A stretch of 64,000 nt of DNA, from positions 18,847 through 82,846 of the forward strand of contig NZ_DATGOP010000102.1 of NCBI RefSeq assembly GCF_035305885.1, written 5' to 3'. Numbering within the stretch: position 1 is the first letter of the stretch; each line of letters begins with the position of its first letter. Both the position numbers and the translations under genes were made by a program. This DNA comes from Pseudonocardia sp. (lineage in GTDB: Bacteria; Actinomycetota; Actinomycetes; Mycobacteriales; Pseudonocardiaceae). This document shows, piece after piece, positions 9,827 to 19,041 of this stretch. The notes under the pieces were generated by a model. It was not told the DNA's origin. It did not search any database and saw only the letters and a program-made list of their open reading frames with translations.

Positions 9827-9850
9827 CTGAACAGTCATTCAATCGTTCAG
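9827..9850. promoter_or_regulatory. candidate ArsR/SmtB operator (inverted repeat)
   Basis: CTGAAC-N12-GTTCAG enclosing TGAACAGTCATTCA (TGAA..TTCA type). It is an AT-rich island 40-60 nt upstream of the cbiM GTG and overlaps the arsR stop codon (9847-9849). Confidence 0.45.
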
Positions 9851-10245
9851 CGGTGATCGCCGCCGTGGGCGTGCAGCACGACGTCGCCGACCACGCCCTC
9901 GAACACCACGTCCAGCAGGCGCGTGGTGAGCTCGCCGGTGACCCGGTAGCGCACGAGCCGCCCCTGCCGGTGCGCGCTGACCATGCCGTGCGCACGCAGC
10001 AGCCGCAGCGCGTGCGAGACGGCGCTGTCGCTCATCCCGACGGCGAACGCGAGGTCGGAGACGCACAGGTCGCCCGCGTGGTGCAGCGCGAGCAGGATGC
10101 TGAGCCGGTTGACGTCGCCCAGCGCGTCGAGCACGGCGGCCGCGCGCTGCAGCTTCTCGGCGTCGGCGAGCACGGCCGCGGCGTCGCACACCTGGCCGGG
10201 GTCGATCACCCGCGCGTCGCGGCGGGCCGCCGGGACCCGGTGCAC
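9847..10245 (-). CDS. ArsR/SmtB-family metal-sensing transcriptional repressor
   Basis: LDALGDVNRLSILLALHHAGDLCVSDLAFAVGMSDSAVSHALRLLRAHGMV is the canonical ArsR HTH with LCVxDL. His-rich C-tail VLHAHGGDHR. GTG 10245 abuts the upstream stop. Confidence 0.85.
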   Translation of the reverse strand: MHRVPAARRDARVIDPGQVCDAAAVLADAEKLQRAAAVLDALGDVNRLSILLALHHAGDLCVSDLAFAVGMSDSAVSHALRLLRAHGMVSAHRQGRLVRYRVTGELTTRLLDVVFEGVVGDVVLHAHGGDHR

Positions 10246-10902
10246 TCAGCCTCCAGCCTTCGCCGCGTTCTTCGCGGCGCTGTTCTTCGCGGCGCTGTTC
10301 TTCATTGCGGCCTTCTTGGCCTGCTTGTACTCCCGGACCTGGGCGAGCGAGGCGGCGTCGACGACGTCGGCGACCGAGCGGTGCACCCCCTCCTCGCCGT
10401 AGCCGCCCGCCGCCTCCCGCCAGCCCGGCGGGGTGACGCCGCGCTGTTTGCCCAACAGGGCGGTGAAGATCTGCGCCTTCTGCGTGCCGAAGCCGGGGAG
10501 CGCCGAGAGCCTGCCGAACAGCTCGCGGCCGTCGGTGACGTCGCTCCAGATCCGGGAGGCGTCGCCGTCGTAGTCCTCGACGATCGCGGCGGCGAGCGCC
10601 TGCACCCGCCCGGCCATCGAGCCCGGGTAGCGGTGCACCGCGGGCGGGCCGCGGAAGACCTGGACGAGCGCCTCGGGGTCGTACGCGGCGAGCTGCCGGG
10701 CGTCGAGCCGGTCGACGCCGAGCCGCTGGGCGATCAGGGCCGGGCCCGCGAACGCGCGCTCCATCGGGAACTGCTGGTCGAGCAGCATGCCGATCAGCAG
10801 GGCCAGCGGATCGCGGTCGAGCAGCGCGTCGGCTTCGGCGTCCTGGGCGAGACAGAGGGCCACGACCGGAGGGTAGCGCCGCTGCGGGCCCGGTGAGGAC
10901 AT
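10246..10902 (-). CDS. HhH-GPD-type base-excision DNA repair family protein with Lys/Ala-rich tail
   Basis: 218 aa with [17 protein letters not shown] and [21 protein letters not shown] (helix-hairpin-helix). C-tail is [26 protein letters not shown]. Confidence 0.8.
   Translation of the reverse strand: MSSPGPQRRYPPVVALCLAQDAEADALLDRDPLALLIGMLLDQQFPMERAFAGPALIAQRLGVDRLDARQLAAYDPEALVQVFRGPPAVHRYPGSMAGRVQALAAAIVEDYDGDASRIWSDVTDGRELFGRLSALPGFGTQKAQIFTALLGKQRGVTPPGWREAAGGYGEEGVHRSVADVVDAASLAQVREYKQAKKAAMKNSAAKNSAAKNAAKAGG
10267..10304. repeat. 15-nt tandem repeat (2 perfect units plus a partial third) inside a CDS
   Basis: GTTCTTCGCGGCGCT appears twice, followed by GTTCTTCA. On the minus strand it encodes the AAKNS repeats of the HhH-GPD protein tail. 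Confidence 0.85.
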
Positions 10903-10948
10903 CGGACGAGATCGGGGCGCGGTTGCGGCACGTCGTCAGGGGGTCGCG

Positions 10949-12454
10949 GTGCGCGAGCGGGCGGCGCGCGAGACTTGGGCCGTGCTTCCCGATCTCTCCC
11001 CCCGTGCCGCAGAGGCGCTGCGCACCGCGTTCCGGCGCGCCCACTACACCACCGACGGCGTGCGCGAGCTGCTCGGCCCGTCCGCGCACGCCGCCCTCGG
11101 CCGCGGCGAGATCGAGCCCGCCGCCCGGGCCACCCGCGACGGCGGCGAGCTGGGCGTGCTGGTGCGGCTGCTCCTGCTCGGGTTCGCGGAGCCGGACGCC
11201 GCCGTCGCCGCCGCGCTCGCCCCGCTCGCGCCCGCCGACGCGGCGGCCGCGGGCCTGCTCGCCCCGGCCGACGGTGGCTGGCGGGCCGCGCTGGACGTGC
11301 GGCCGTACGGGGACTCCGACGGCGACTGGTGGGTGCTGTCCGACCTGGACAACCGCCGCCAGGAGCGCGACCACGTCACCGGGGTCGGGGCCGCGTCGCT
11401 GACGCTGGCCGCCGCCACGGTGCGCCGCCCGGTCCGCTCGCTGCTCGACCTCGGCACCGGCTGCGGGGTGCAGGCCCTGCACGCGAGCCGGCACGCCGAG
11501 GCCGTCACGGCCACCGACGTCGCCCCACGGGCGCTCGCGATGGCCAGGGCGACGTTCGTGCTCAACGACGTCGACGTCGAGCTGCTCGAGGGGCCGTGGA
11601 TGGAGCCGGTGGCCGGGCGCCGGTTCGACCAGATCGTGTCCAACCCGCCGTTCGTGCCGGGCCCGGCGCGGGTCGACTACGTCTACCGCGACTCGGGCGA
11701 GGACGGCGACGCCGCGCTCGCCGCGCTCCTGCGCGCCCTGCCCGGGCACCTCGAGCCCGGCGGCGTGGCCCAGCTGCTCGGCTCGTGGCTGCACGTGCGC
11801 GGCCAGGACTGGCCGGACCGGGTGCGGTCGTGGCTGCCGCCCGGGGTCGACGCGTGGGTGGTGCAGCGGGAGGTGTCCGACCCGGCGCTGCACGTCGGCA
11901 CCTGGCAGCGCGACGCGGGGCTCGACGTCGCCTCCCCCGAGGCGCGGGCGCAGGCGGGCGCCTGGCTGGACTGGATGGAGCGGGAGCGCGTCGAGGCGGT
12001 CGGGTTCGGCTACCTGACGGTGCGGCGCACGGACGGGGAACCGGCGGTGGTGTTCGAGGACCTGCTGGGCGACGTGCCCGACCCGCTCGGCCCGGAGACC
12101 GAGGGCTGGCTGGACCGCGTCGACTGGCTGCGCGCGCACGCCAGCGACGAGGCCCTGCTCGCCGCGCCGCTGGCGGTGGCGCCGTCGGTGGTGCTGGAGA
12201 CCCATTCACACCCGGGCCCCGAGGGGTGGACCGAGATCTCCCAGGCGGTCATGCGGGTGGACGGCCCGCGTTGGCGGCACGAGGTCGACGGCCCGGCCGC
12301 CGCGCTGCTGGCCGGCTGCCAGGGCACGCTCGCGCTGGGCGAGCTCGTCGAGCTGCTCGCCGTCGCGCACGACCGGCCGGTGGACGAGCTGGTGGCCGCC
12401 GTGCTGCCCGCGGTGCGCGAGTTCGTCCGGCACGGGGTGCTGGTGCCGGCATGA
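10949..12454 (+). CDS. SAM-dependent methyltransferase (NPPF-motif, HemK/N6-MTase-like) with N-terminal extension
   Basis: 501 aa with [13 protein letters not shown] (motif I) and [10 protein letters not shown] (motif IV). Divergent from the HhH-GPD gene. The stop overlaps the dtd ATG. Confidence 0.8.
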   Translation: MRERAARETWAVLPDLSPRAAEALRTAFRRAHYTTDGVRELLGPSAHAALGRGEIEPAARATRDGGELGVLVRLLLLGFAEPDAAVAAALAPLAPADAAAAGLLAPADGGWRAALDVRPYGDSDGDWWVLSDLDNRRQERDHVTGVGAASLTLAAATVRRPVRSLLDLGTGCGVQALHASRHAEAVTATDVAPRALAMARATFVLNDVDVELLEGPWMEPVAGRRFDQIVSNPPFVPGPARVDYVYRDSGEDGDAALAALLRALPGHLEPGGVAQLLGSWLHVRGQDWPDRVRSWLPPGVDAWVVQREVSDPALHVGTWQRDAGLDVASPEARAQAGAWLDWMERERVEAVGFGYLTVRRTDGEPAVVFEDLLGDVPDPLGPETEGWLDRVDWLRAHASDEALLAAPLAVAPSVVLETHSHPGPEGWTEISQAVMRVDGPRWRHEVDGPAAALLAGCQGTLALGELVELLAVAHDRPVDELVAAVLPAVREFVRHGVLVPA

Positions 12455-12876
12455 GGGCGGTGGTGGCGCGGGTCGTGCGGGCCGCGGTGCGGGTGGACGG
12501 CGAGGTCGTCGGCGCGATCGACGGCCCGGGGCTGCTCGTCCTGCTCGGGGTGCACCGCGACGACACCGCCGACGCGGTTCCCGTGATGGCCCGCAAGCTG
12601 CACGAGCTGAGGATCCTGAAGGGCGAGGTCTCGTGCGCCGACGTGGGCGCCCCGCTGCTCGTGGTGAGCCAATTCACGCTCTACGGCGAAACCCGCAAGG
12701 GGCGGCGCCCGTCGTGGTCGGCGGCCGCCCCGCCGGAGCGGGCCGAGCCCCTGGTCGACGCGGTCGTGGCGGCTCTGCGGGAGCGCGGAGCCACCGTGGC
12801 CACGGGTGTTTTCGGGGCGATGATGGAAGTGGAGTCGGTGAACGACGGCCCGTTCACGGTGCTCGTCGAGGTGTAA
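12451..12876 (+). CDS. dtd: D-aminoacyl-tRNA deacylase
   Basis: 141 aa, MRAVVARV... with SQFTLYG and NDGPFT motifs. ATGA overlap at 12451-12454. Confidence 0.95.
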   Translation: MRAVVARVVRAAVRVDGEVVGAIDGPGLLVLLGVHRDDTADAVPVMARKLHELRILKGEVSCADVGAPLLVVSQFTLYGETRKGRRPSWSAAAPPERAEPLVDAVVAALRERGATVATGVFGAMMEVESVNDGPFTVLVEV

Positions 12877-13025
12877 GTCGCGGCGCTGAGGGCACGCTGA
12901 GAGTGCAGGAGCGCACACTACCGTCCCGGGAACGATATGAGCGCAGGGTGCGTTGACCCCCGTGAGAGCCCTGGGCGGCAGCTGAAGCCAACGCCCCGCC
13001 CGGGTCGCGCAAGGGGAGGACCACC

Positions 13026-14099
13026 ATGACAGCGCCCACCATCAACGGGCCGAAGACCCGTCGGCCCGTCATCCCGGGCCAGCGTACCGACTCCGACCCA
13101 CTGGAGACCACTGCTGGCGATGTTTCCGAGGTTTCCGAGGAGATCAACCCCGAGATCTCCGCGGAGGACCTCGACGCACAGAGCCCCGCGGCCGACCTGG
13201 TCCGCGTGTACCTGAACGGCATCGGCAAGACCGCCCTGCTCACGGCCGCGCAGGAGGTGGAGCTGGCCAAGCGCATCGAGGCCGGCGTCTTCGCGCAGCA
13301 CGTGCTCGACGAGGCGGAGCCCGGAACGCTGGACAAGCAGTACGAGGCCGACCTGCGTGCGATCGTCCGCGACGGCCAGCGGGCCCGCAACCACCTGCTC
13401 GAGGCCAACCTGCGCCTGGTCGTGTCGCTGGCCAAGCGCTACACCGGCCGCGGCATGCCGCTGCTGGACCTGATCCAGGAGGGCAACCTCGGCCTGATCC
13501 GCGCGGTCGAGAAGTTCGACTACACGAAGGGCTTCAAGTTCTCGACCTACGCCACCTGGTGGATCCGCCAGGCCATCACGCGCGGCCTGGCCGACCAGGC
13601 GCGCACCATCCGCCTGCCGGTCCACCTCGTCGAGCAGGTGAACAAGCTCGCGCGCATCAAGCGCGACCTGCACCAGAAGCTCGGCCGTGACGCCACCCAC
13701 GAGGAGCTCGCGGCGGAGTCGGGCATCGACGAGGAGAAGATCGCCGACCTGCTCGACCACGCCCGCGACCCGGTCAGCCTGGACATGCCGGTCGGGTCCG
13801 AGGAGGAGGCACCGCTCGGCGACTTCATCGAGGACGGCGAGGCCGCCGACGCCGAGAACACGGTGATCTCCCACCTGCTGCACGAGGACCTGCGCCGCGT
13901 GCTCGCCACGCTCGAGGAGCGCGAGCAGCAGGTGATCCGGATGCGCTACGGCCTCGACGACGGCCAGCCGCGCACCCTCGACCAGATCGGCCGCCAGTTC
14001 GGGCTGTCCCGCGAGCGGGTCCGCCAGATCGAGCGCGAGGTCATGGCCAAGCTGCGGATCGGCGAGCGCGCCGAGCGCCTGCGGGCCTACGCGAGCTGA
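13026..14099 (+). CDS. sigB: RNA polymerase sigma-70 family, principal-like (group 2) sigma factor
   Basis: 357 aa with [29 protein letters not shown] (region 1.2/2), [37 protein letters not shown] (2.1-2.4) and [20 protein letters not shown] (4.2). RBS is AAGGGGAGGA. Context with DUF3039/DUF3099 fits sigB. Confidence 0.9.
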   Translation: MTAPTINGPKTRRPVIPGQRTDSDPLETTAGDVSEVSEEINPEISAEDLDAQSPAADLVRVYLNGIGKTALLTAAQEVELAKRIEAGVFAQHVLDEAEPGTLDKQYEADLRAIVRDGQRARNHLLEANLRLVVSLAKRYTGRGMPLLDLIQEGNLGLIRAVEKFDYTKGFKFSTYATWWIRQAITRGLADQARTIRLPVHLVEQVNKLARIKRDLHQKLGRDATHEELAAESGIDEEKIADLLDHARDPVSLDMPVGSEEEAPLGDFIEDGEAADAENTVISHLLHEDLRRVLATLEEREQQVIRMRYGLDDGQPRTLDQIGRQFGLSRERVRQIEREVMAKLRIGERAERLRAYAS

Positions 14100-14113
14100 C
14101 CCGGTTCGCCTGA

Positions 14114-14157
14114 CCGGCGCCACCCGAATGGGCTCCCCGTGAGCCGGGTGGCGCCGG
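14114..14157 (+). terminator. hairpin downstream of sigB
   Basis: CCGGCGCCACCCG (14114-14126) pairs perfectly with CGGGTGGCGCCGG (14145-14157): 13-bp stem, 18-nt loop. It starts 15 nt after the stop. No T tract. Confidence 0.5.
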
Positions 14158-14308
14158 CCAGCGCACTGTGTACCTGCTCTGCCGGTGCACCCCGGACGGG
14201 GCACACCGGCGTTCTATCGACTTCACCCCAACGGGTGGCAGCGGTCGTGATCGGTCGTGATCCGCGGCTCGGCCGCGGCAGCGACGGCGTCCCCTAGGCT
14301 GCAGGGCC

Positions 14309-14821
14309 ATGGGGGTTCCCGCCGGACGCGTCTCGCCCGCCGTCATGCGGGAGGTGCTCGGGCACTTCGTGTCGGGGATCGTCGTGGTCACCGCGGCCAC
14401 CCCGGACGGCCCGAGCGGATTCACCTGCCAGTCGTTCGCGTCCCTGTCGCTGGACCCGCCGTTGGTGAGCTTCGCGCCGGCCCGCACGTCCACCACGTGG
14501 CCGCGGATCCGGGCGGCCGACACCTTCTGCGTCAACGTGCTCGCCGCCGACCAGCAGGAGCTGTCCATCGGGTTCGCCCGCTCGGCGGGTGACGGGGTGG
14601 ACAAGTTCGCCGGCGTGGCGTGGCGGCCGAGCCCGTCGGGTTCCCCGGTGCTGGAGGGCGTCAGCGCCTGGATCGACTGCACCCTCTGGAACGAGTACGA
14701 CGGCGGCGACCACACCATCGCCGTGGGGCGGGTGCTCGACCTCGGGGCCACCCCCGACCGGCCGCCGCTGCTGTACTACCGCGGCCGGTACGGCGTCGCC
14801 GCGGACCACCCCGAGGGCTGA
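14309..14821 (+). CDS. flavin reductase family protein (HpaC/NAD(P)H-flavin oxidoreductase-like)
   Basis: 170 aa with VLGHFVSGIVVVTA...GFTCQSFASLSLDPPLVSF...GDHTIAVGRV, typical of the flavin reductase-like domain. TAGGCT lies 8 nt upstream of the ATG, so the mRNA may be leaderless. Confidence 0.9.
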   Translation: MGVPAGRVSPAVMREVLGHFVSGIVVVTAATPDGPSGFTCQSFASLSLDPPLVSFAPARTSTTWPRIRAADTFCVNVLAADQQELSIGFARSAGDGVDKFAGVAWRPSPSGSPVLEGVSAWIDCTLWNEYDGGDHTIAVGRVLDLGATPDRPPLLYYRGRYGVAADHPEG

Positions 14822-14826
14822 CCGCA

Positions 14827-14870
14827 CCCAGCCCGCGACTCGCCGACACCCCGGCGAGTCGCGGGCTGGG
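14827..14870. terminator. perfect 19-bp hairpin between convergent genes
   Basis: CCCAGCCCGCGACTCGCCG / ACACCC loop / CGGCGAGTCGCGGGCTGGG. It lies between the flavin reductase stop (14821) and the dhaM stop (14889). Confidence 0.6.
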
Positions 14871-14888
14871 AGTGCGCGAGTCGCGGGC

Positions 14889-17360
14889 TCAGTGCGCCTC
14901 GCGGACCGCCGCGGGGCCCTCGGCGGTGAGGGCGTCGGCGGCGCGGCGGGCGGCGTCCCCGGCGTCCAGCTCCCGCACCACCTGCTTCGCGGCCGGGACC
15001 GCGGGCGGCGCCGTGCTGAGCTCGCGCACCCCGAGGCCGACCAGGAGCTCCGCGGCCACGGGGTCGGCGGCGGCCTCGCCGCACACCGCGACGAGCACCC
15101 GCTCCCCCGCCGCCCGGCACACGGCGTCGACGAGCCGGAGCACGCCCGGGTCGAGCGGGTCGGCGATCGCCGCGACGGCCGGGTTGCCCCGCTCGGCGGC
15201 CAGCGCGTACTGCGTGAGGTCGTTGGTGCCGATGCTGAAGAAGTCCACGTGCGGCGCGAACGCGGCCGCCTTCAGCGCCGTCGCCGGCACCTCCACCATG
15301 ATCCCGACCTGCAGTCCCGACGGCGTGCCGCGGCCATCGGCGGCGATCGCGGCGTCGAGGGCCGCGCGGGCGGCGACCAGCTCGTCGACCGCGGCGACCA
15401 TGGGGAACATGACGCTCACCGGCGCCTCGTGCGCCACGCGGACGGCGGCGAGCAGCTGGTCGGCGAGCAGGCCGGGGAACCCCTCGGCGAGCCGGATGCC
15501 CCGCATCCCCAGGAACGGGTTGGCCTCGGCAGGCAGCGGCAGGTAGGGCAGCGGCTTGTCGCCGCCGACGTCGAGCGTGCGCAGCGTGATCCGCCGCCCG
15601 CCCACCGCCTCGGCGATCTCCCGGTACGCCGCCTCCTGCTCGTCGACGTCCGGCGCCTCGGTGCGGCCGAGGAACAGGAACTCGGTGCGCAGCAGCCCCA
15701 CCAGGTCGGCCCCGGAGGCCGCCGCATCCGCGGCGTCGGCCGGGGAGCCGACGTTGGCGCCCACGAGCACCGAGACGCCGTCGCGGGTCGCGGCGGGCGC
15801 GGTCGCCTCCCGCCGGGCCCGCTCCTGTCGCTCCGCCTGCGCGGCGGCCCGCGCGCGGAAGGCGTTCAGCACGTCCGGCGCGGGGTCGACGACCACCTCG
15901 CCCGCGGTGCCGTCGACGACGATCGGGGTGCCGTCGGGCACCTCGAGCACGGAGGGACCGGCCGCGACGACCGCGGGCACCCCGCGGGCCCGCAGCAGGA
16001 TCGCGCTGTGCGCGGTGGGGCTGCCGCCCGCGAGCACGACGCCCGCCACCCGGTCCCGGTCCAGTGCCGCGGCCTGCGCGGGGGCGAGGTCGTCGGCGAC
16101 CAGGACGGCCGCGGACCCGCCGTCGTCGAGCGGGGCGAGCTCCGGGCCCCCGACCAGCGCCCGCAGCACCTGTGCGGACACGGCGCGCACGTCCGCGGCC
16201 CGCGCGGCCAGGTAGGGGTCGGGTACCGCCTCCCACGCGGCCGCGACGCGTTCCGCGGCGTCGGCCCACGCACGCGGCGCCGACGCGCCCGCGTCGATCC
16301 GGGACCGGGCGTCGTCGAGCAGGGCCGGGTCGTCGAGCAGGACGAGGTGGGCGTCGAAGATCGCCGCCTCGTCGGCCCCCAGCTCCCGGGCGGCGGCGTC
16401 GCGCCCGGCGCGGATCTCGGCGGCGACCACGGGCAGCGCGGCGTCCAGGCGCGCCCGCTCGGCCGCCGGGTCGCCCGCGGGCTCGTCCGGGACGACCGGC
16501 GCGGGCGGCTCGGCCGCCCGCTTCGGCCCGATGCCGATCCCGGGTGCCGCCGGGAGCGGGCCGCCGCCCGCCCGCGCCGCGGGCCGCGCCGCTGCGGGTG
16601 CCGGTAGGGCGGGGGCGGCGGTCAGCGGCTCGTCGAAGTGCCGGGCCGCGAGGCCCAGCACGGCCTCGAGCGCCGCGGACGCGCCCGGCCCGGTCGCGGA
16701 CACCTCGACCCGGTGCCCGGCGAGCGCGCCGAGCGCGGTCAGCCCGGCGAGGCTCGCCGCGGGGATCCAGTCCGACCCGGTGGTCGCGTTGCGGACCCGG
16801 ACCTCGGCCCCGTCCAGCCCCCGAACGAGCGCGGCGAGCCGGGCCGCCGGGCGGGCGTGCAACCCGTGCGGGTTGGCGACGGTGAACTCGGCGACCTCTC
16901 CCGCGGCCGCCTGGCCCGCGCTCGGGGCGCCGGCCTCCGGGCCGCCGCCCAGCTGGGCGAGCTTGCCCCCGAGCGCCGCCGCGGCCTCGGCCGCCACCTC
17001 CTCGCGGCCCGCCCCACCCGCCGCCGTGACGGCCGCGACGACGAGCCCCTCGACGAGCGGGGCCGGGCAGAGCACCACGCGGTCGCGGGCGTCCGGGTCG
17101 TCGAGCAGGTCGAGCGCCATCTCGGCGGAGAGCACCGCGCTGCCCAGGTCCATCAGCACGACGACGCCCGCCCCGGAGTCGGCCGCGCCGATCGCGGAGG
17201 CGATCGCGACGGCGTCGGTGCCGAACGTGGTCTGGTCCAGCCCGGCCGCCACCTCGATCGCGAGGTCGCCGCCCGGGGCCATCTCGCGCGCCAGCGCCAC
17301 CGCGGCGTCGGCCAGCGCCCGGCTGTGCGAGACGACGACGAGCCCGACCCGCTCGCTCAC
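14889..17360 (-). CDS. dhaM: dihydroxyacetone kinase phosphoryl-donor subunit DhaM fused to HPr and full-length PTS Enzyme I
   Basis: 823 aa. N-terminus VGLVVVSHSRALADA (EIIA-Man/DhaM). NPHGLHARPAA (HPr His motif). GGSPTAHSAILLRARGVPAVV (EI phospho-His). RTLDVGGDK and FFSIGTNDLTQY (PEP-utilising TIM barrel). Confidence 0.9.
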   Translation of the reverse strand: MSERVGLVVVSHSRALADAAVALAREMAPGGDLAIEVAAGLDQTTFGTDAVAIASAIGAADSGAGVVVLMDLGSAVLSAEMALDLLDDPDARDRVVLCPAPLVEGLVVAAVTAAGGAGREEVAAEAAAALGGKLAQLGGGPEAGAPSAGQAAAGEVAEFTVANPHGLHARPAARLAALVRGLDGAEVRVRNATTGSDWIPAASLAGLTALGALAGHRVEVSATGPGASAALEAVLGLAARHFDEPLTAAPALPAPAAARPAARAGGGPLPAAPGIGIGPKRAAEPPAPVVPDEPAGDPAAERARLDAALPVVAAEIRAGRDAAARELGADEAAIFDAHLVLLDDPALLDDARSRIDAGASAPRAWADAAERVAAAWEAVPDPYLAARAADVRAVSAQVLRALVGGPELAPLDDGGSAAVLVADDLAPAQAAALDRDRVAGVVLAGGSPTAHSAILLRARGVPAVVAAGPSVLEVPDGTPIVVDGTAGEVVVDPAPDVLNAFRARAAAQAERQERARREATAPAATRDGVSVLVGANVGSPADAADAAASGADLVGLLRTEFLFLGRTEAPDVDEQEAAYREIAEAVGGRRITLRTLDVGGDKPLPYLPLPAEANPFLGMRGIRLAEGFPGLLADQLLAAVRVAHEAPVSVMFPMVAAVDELVAARAALDAAIAADGRGTPSGLQVGIMVEVPATALKAAAFAPHVDFFSIGTNDLTQYALAAERGNPAVAAIADPLDPGVLRLVDAVCRAAGERVLVAVCGEAAADPVAAELLVGLGVRELSTAPPAVPAAKQVVRELDAGDAARRAADALTAEGPAAVREAH

Positions 17361-18001
17361 GCCAGCGCGTCCGCGGCCGCCTGCAGGAGCAGGGTCGCCG
17401 AGGTGGCCCCGGGGTCCTGGTGGCCGATGCTGCGCTCGCCGAGGTAGCTCGCGCGGCCCTTGCGCGCCAGCATCGGGATGGTGGCGTCGCGGCCGGCCGC
17501 TGCGGCGTCCGCGGCGGCCTGCAGCGCACCGGCGGGGTTCTCCCCGCCGAGCGCGGCGTCCAGCGCGTCGACGGCCGGGGCGAGCGCGTCGTACATCGTC
17601 TTGTCGCCCGCCTCCGCCTTGCCGCGCGCGACCACGCCGTCGACCCCGGCCCGCAGCGCCGCCGCGAACAGCTTCTGGTCGACGGTCTCGGCGTCGCCGA
17701 TCGCGGTGGCCATCCGCAGGAAGAACGTGCCGTAGAGCGGGCCGCTCGCGCCGCCGACGGTGCTGACCAGCGTCATCCCGGTTTGCTTCAGCAGCGCGGC
17801 CGGGCCGGTCGCCGAGCCCTCGTCGAGCTTGGCGAGCACCGCCTTGAGCCCGCGGTTCATGTTGGCGCCGTGGTCGGCGTCGCCGATCGCCGAGTCGAGC
17901 CGGGTGAGCTCCTGCTCGTGCTCGGCGATGGCGGCGGCGAAGGCGCGGATCCAGCGCTCGATGGCGGCCGCGTCGATCGCGGCGAGCTCCTCGGCCGCCA
18001 T
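17357..18001 (-). CDS. dhaL: dihydroxyacetone kinase ADP-binding subunit
   Basis: 214 aa with LTRLDSAIGDADHGANMNRG and GGASGPLYGTFF motifs. ATGA overlap with dhaK and GTGA overlap with dhaM. Confidence 0.9.
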   Translation of the reverse strand: MAAEELAAIDAAAIERWIRAFAAAIAEHEQELTRLDSAIGDADHGANMNRGLKAVLAKLDEGSATGPAALLKQTGMTLVSTVGGASGPLYGTFFLRMATAIGDAETVDQKLFAAALRAGVDGVVARGKAEAGDKTMYDALAPAVDALDAALGGENPAGALQAAADAAAAGRDATIPMLARKGRASYLGERSIGHQDPGATSATLLLQAAADALA

Positions 18002-19017
18002 CAGACCCCCCACCGCAGGCCGGGCGTGCGCACCGGCGCGTCCCACAGCCGCAGCAGCTCGTCGTCCATCTTCAGCAGCGTGACCGAACAGCCCGCCATC
18101 TCCAGGCTCGTGATGTAGGGACCCACCAGCGACCGGGCGACGGGGATCCCGGCCTTGTTCAGGATCCGCGACACCTCGTTGTACATCAGGTACAGCTCCA
18201 TCAGCGGCGTTCCGCCCATCCCGTTGACGAACAGGAGCGTGCCCCCGTCCCCGGTGAAGTCGTGGTCGGAGAGGATCGGCTCCACCAGCATCTCGGCGAC
18301 CTCGCGCGCGGGCGCGAGCGGCACCCGCTGCCGTCCCGGTTCGCCGTGGATCCCGATCCCGATCTCCATCTGGTCGTCGGGGAGGTCGAACGTCGGCCTG
18401 CCCGCCGCGGGCACGGTGCACGAGGTGAGGGCCATGCCCATGCTGCGCCCCTGCTCGTTGACGCGGCGGGCGATCGCGGCGACCCCGGCGAGGTCGCGAC
18501 CCTCGTCCGCGGCGGCGCCCGCGAGCTTCTCGACCAGCACGGTGACGCCGACGCCGCGCCGGCCCGCGGTGTAGAGGCTGTCCTGCACGGCGACGTCGTC
18601 GTTGGTGACGACCGAGACGACCTCGACCCCGGTCTCGGCCGCGGCGAGCTCGGCGGCCATCTCGAAGTTCATGACGTCGCCGGTGTAGTTCTTCACGATG
18701 TGCAGCACGCCGGCGCCGCCGTCGATGCCGCGGGTGGCCTCGAGCATCTGGTCGGGCACCGGTGAGGTGAACACCTCCCCCGCGCAGGCGGCGTCGAGCA
18801 TGCCGGGCCCGACGAAGCCGGCGTGCAGCGGCTCGTGCCCCGATCCGCCGCCGGACAGCAGGCCGACCTTGCCCTGCACGGGTGCGTCCGCCCGGTAGAC
18901 GATCTTGTGTTCGAGGTCGACCCGGAGATCGGGGTGGGCCGCGGCCATACCGCTCAAGGCCTCGGTCACGACGTCGGCAGGATCGTTGATCAGCTTCTTC
19001 ACGCCGGCCCTCCGCAT
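18001..19017 (-). CDS. dhaK: dihydroxyacetone kinase DHA-binding subunit
   Basis: [12 protein letters not shown]... and [22 protein letters not shown]. Start is ATG 19017 or GTG 19002. Confidence 0.9.
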   Translation of the reverse strand: MRRAGVKKLINDPADVVTEALSGMAAAHPDLRVDLEHKIVYRADAPVQGKVGLLSGGGSGHEPLHAGFVGPGMLDAACAGEVFTSPVPDQMLEATRGIDGGAGVLHIVKNYTGDVMNFEMAAELAAAETGVEVVSVVTNDDVAVQDSLYTAGRRGVGVTVLVEKLAGAAADEGRDLAGVAAIARRVNEQGRSMGMALTSCTVPAAGRPTFDLPDDQMEIGIGIHGEPGRQRVPLAPAREVAEMLVEPILSDHDFTGDGGTLLFVNGMGGTPLMELYLMYNEVSRILNKAGIPVARSLVGPYITSLEMAGCSVTLLKMDDELLRLWDAPVRTPGLRWGV

Positions 19018-19041
19018 CGAGTGGGGACGATCTCGCGGACA

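Noticed and set aside
9789-9846. Cobalamin riboswitch upstream of cbiM
   Set aside because: Only 58 nt separate cbiM from the preceding gene, which is far too short for a B12 element, and no B12-box-like sequence is seen.
9839-12205. Very long ORFs such as 9839..12205(-), 14776..17529(-), 26894..29176(-), 1447..3378(-) and 16531..17766(+)
   Set aside because: Their translations are dominated by Arg/Pro/Gly/Ala runs with no recognisable motifs. They lie antisense or out of frame to genes with clear family signatures. These are typical shadow ORFs of a >70 % GC genome.
12902-12926. Possible third, degenerate copy of the palindromic element (AGTGCAGGAGCGCACACT vs AGTGCAGGAAAGCCACACT) upstream of sigB
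   Set aside because: Only the left half is similar, with gaps. No matching right arm is found within 60 nt. I cannot distinguish it from chance without a search.
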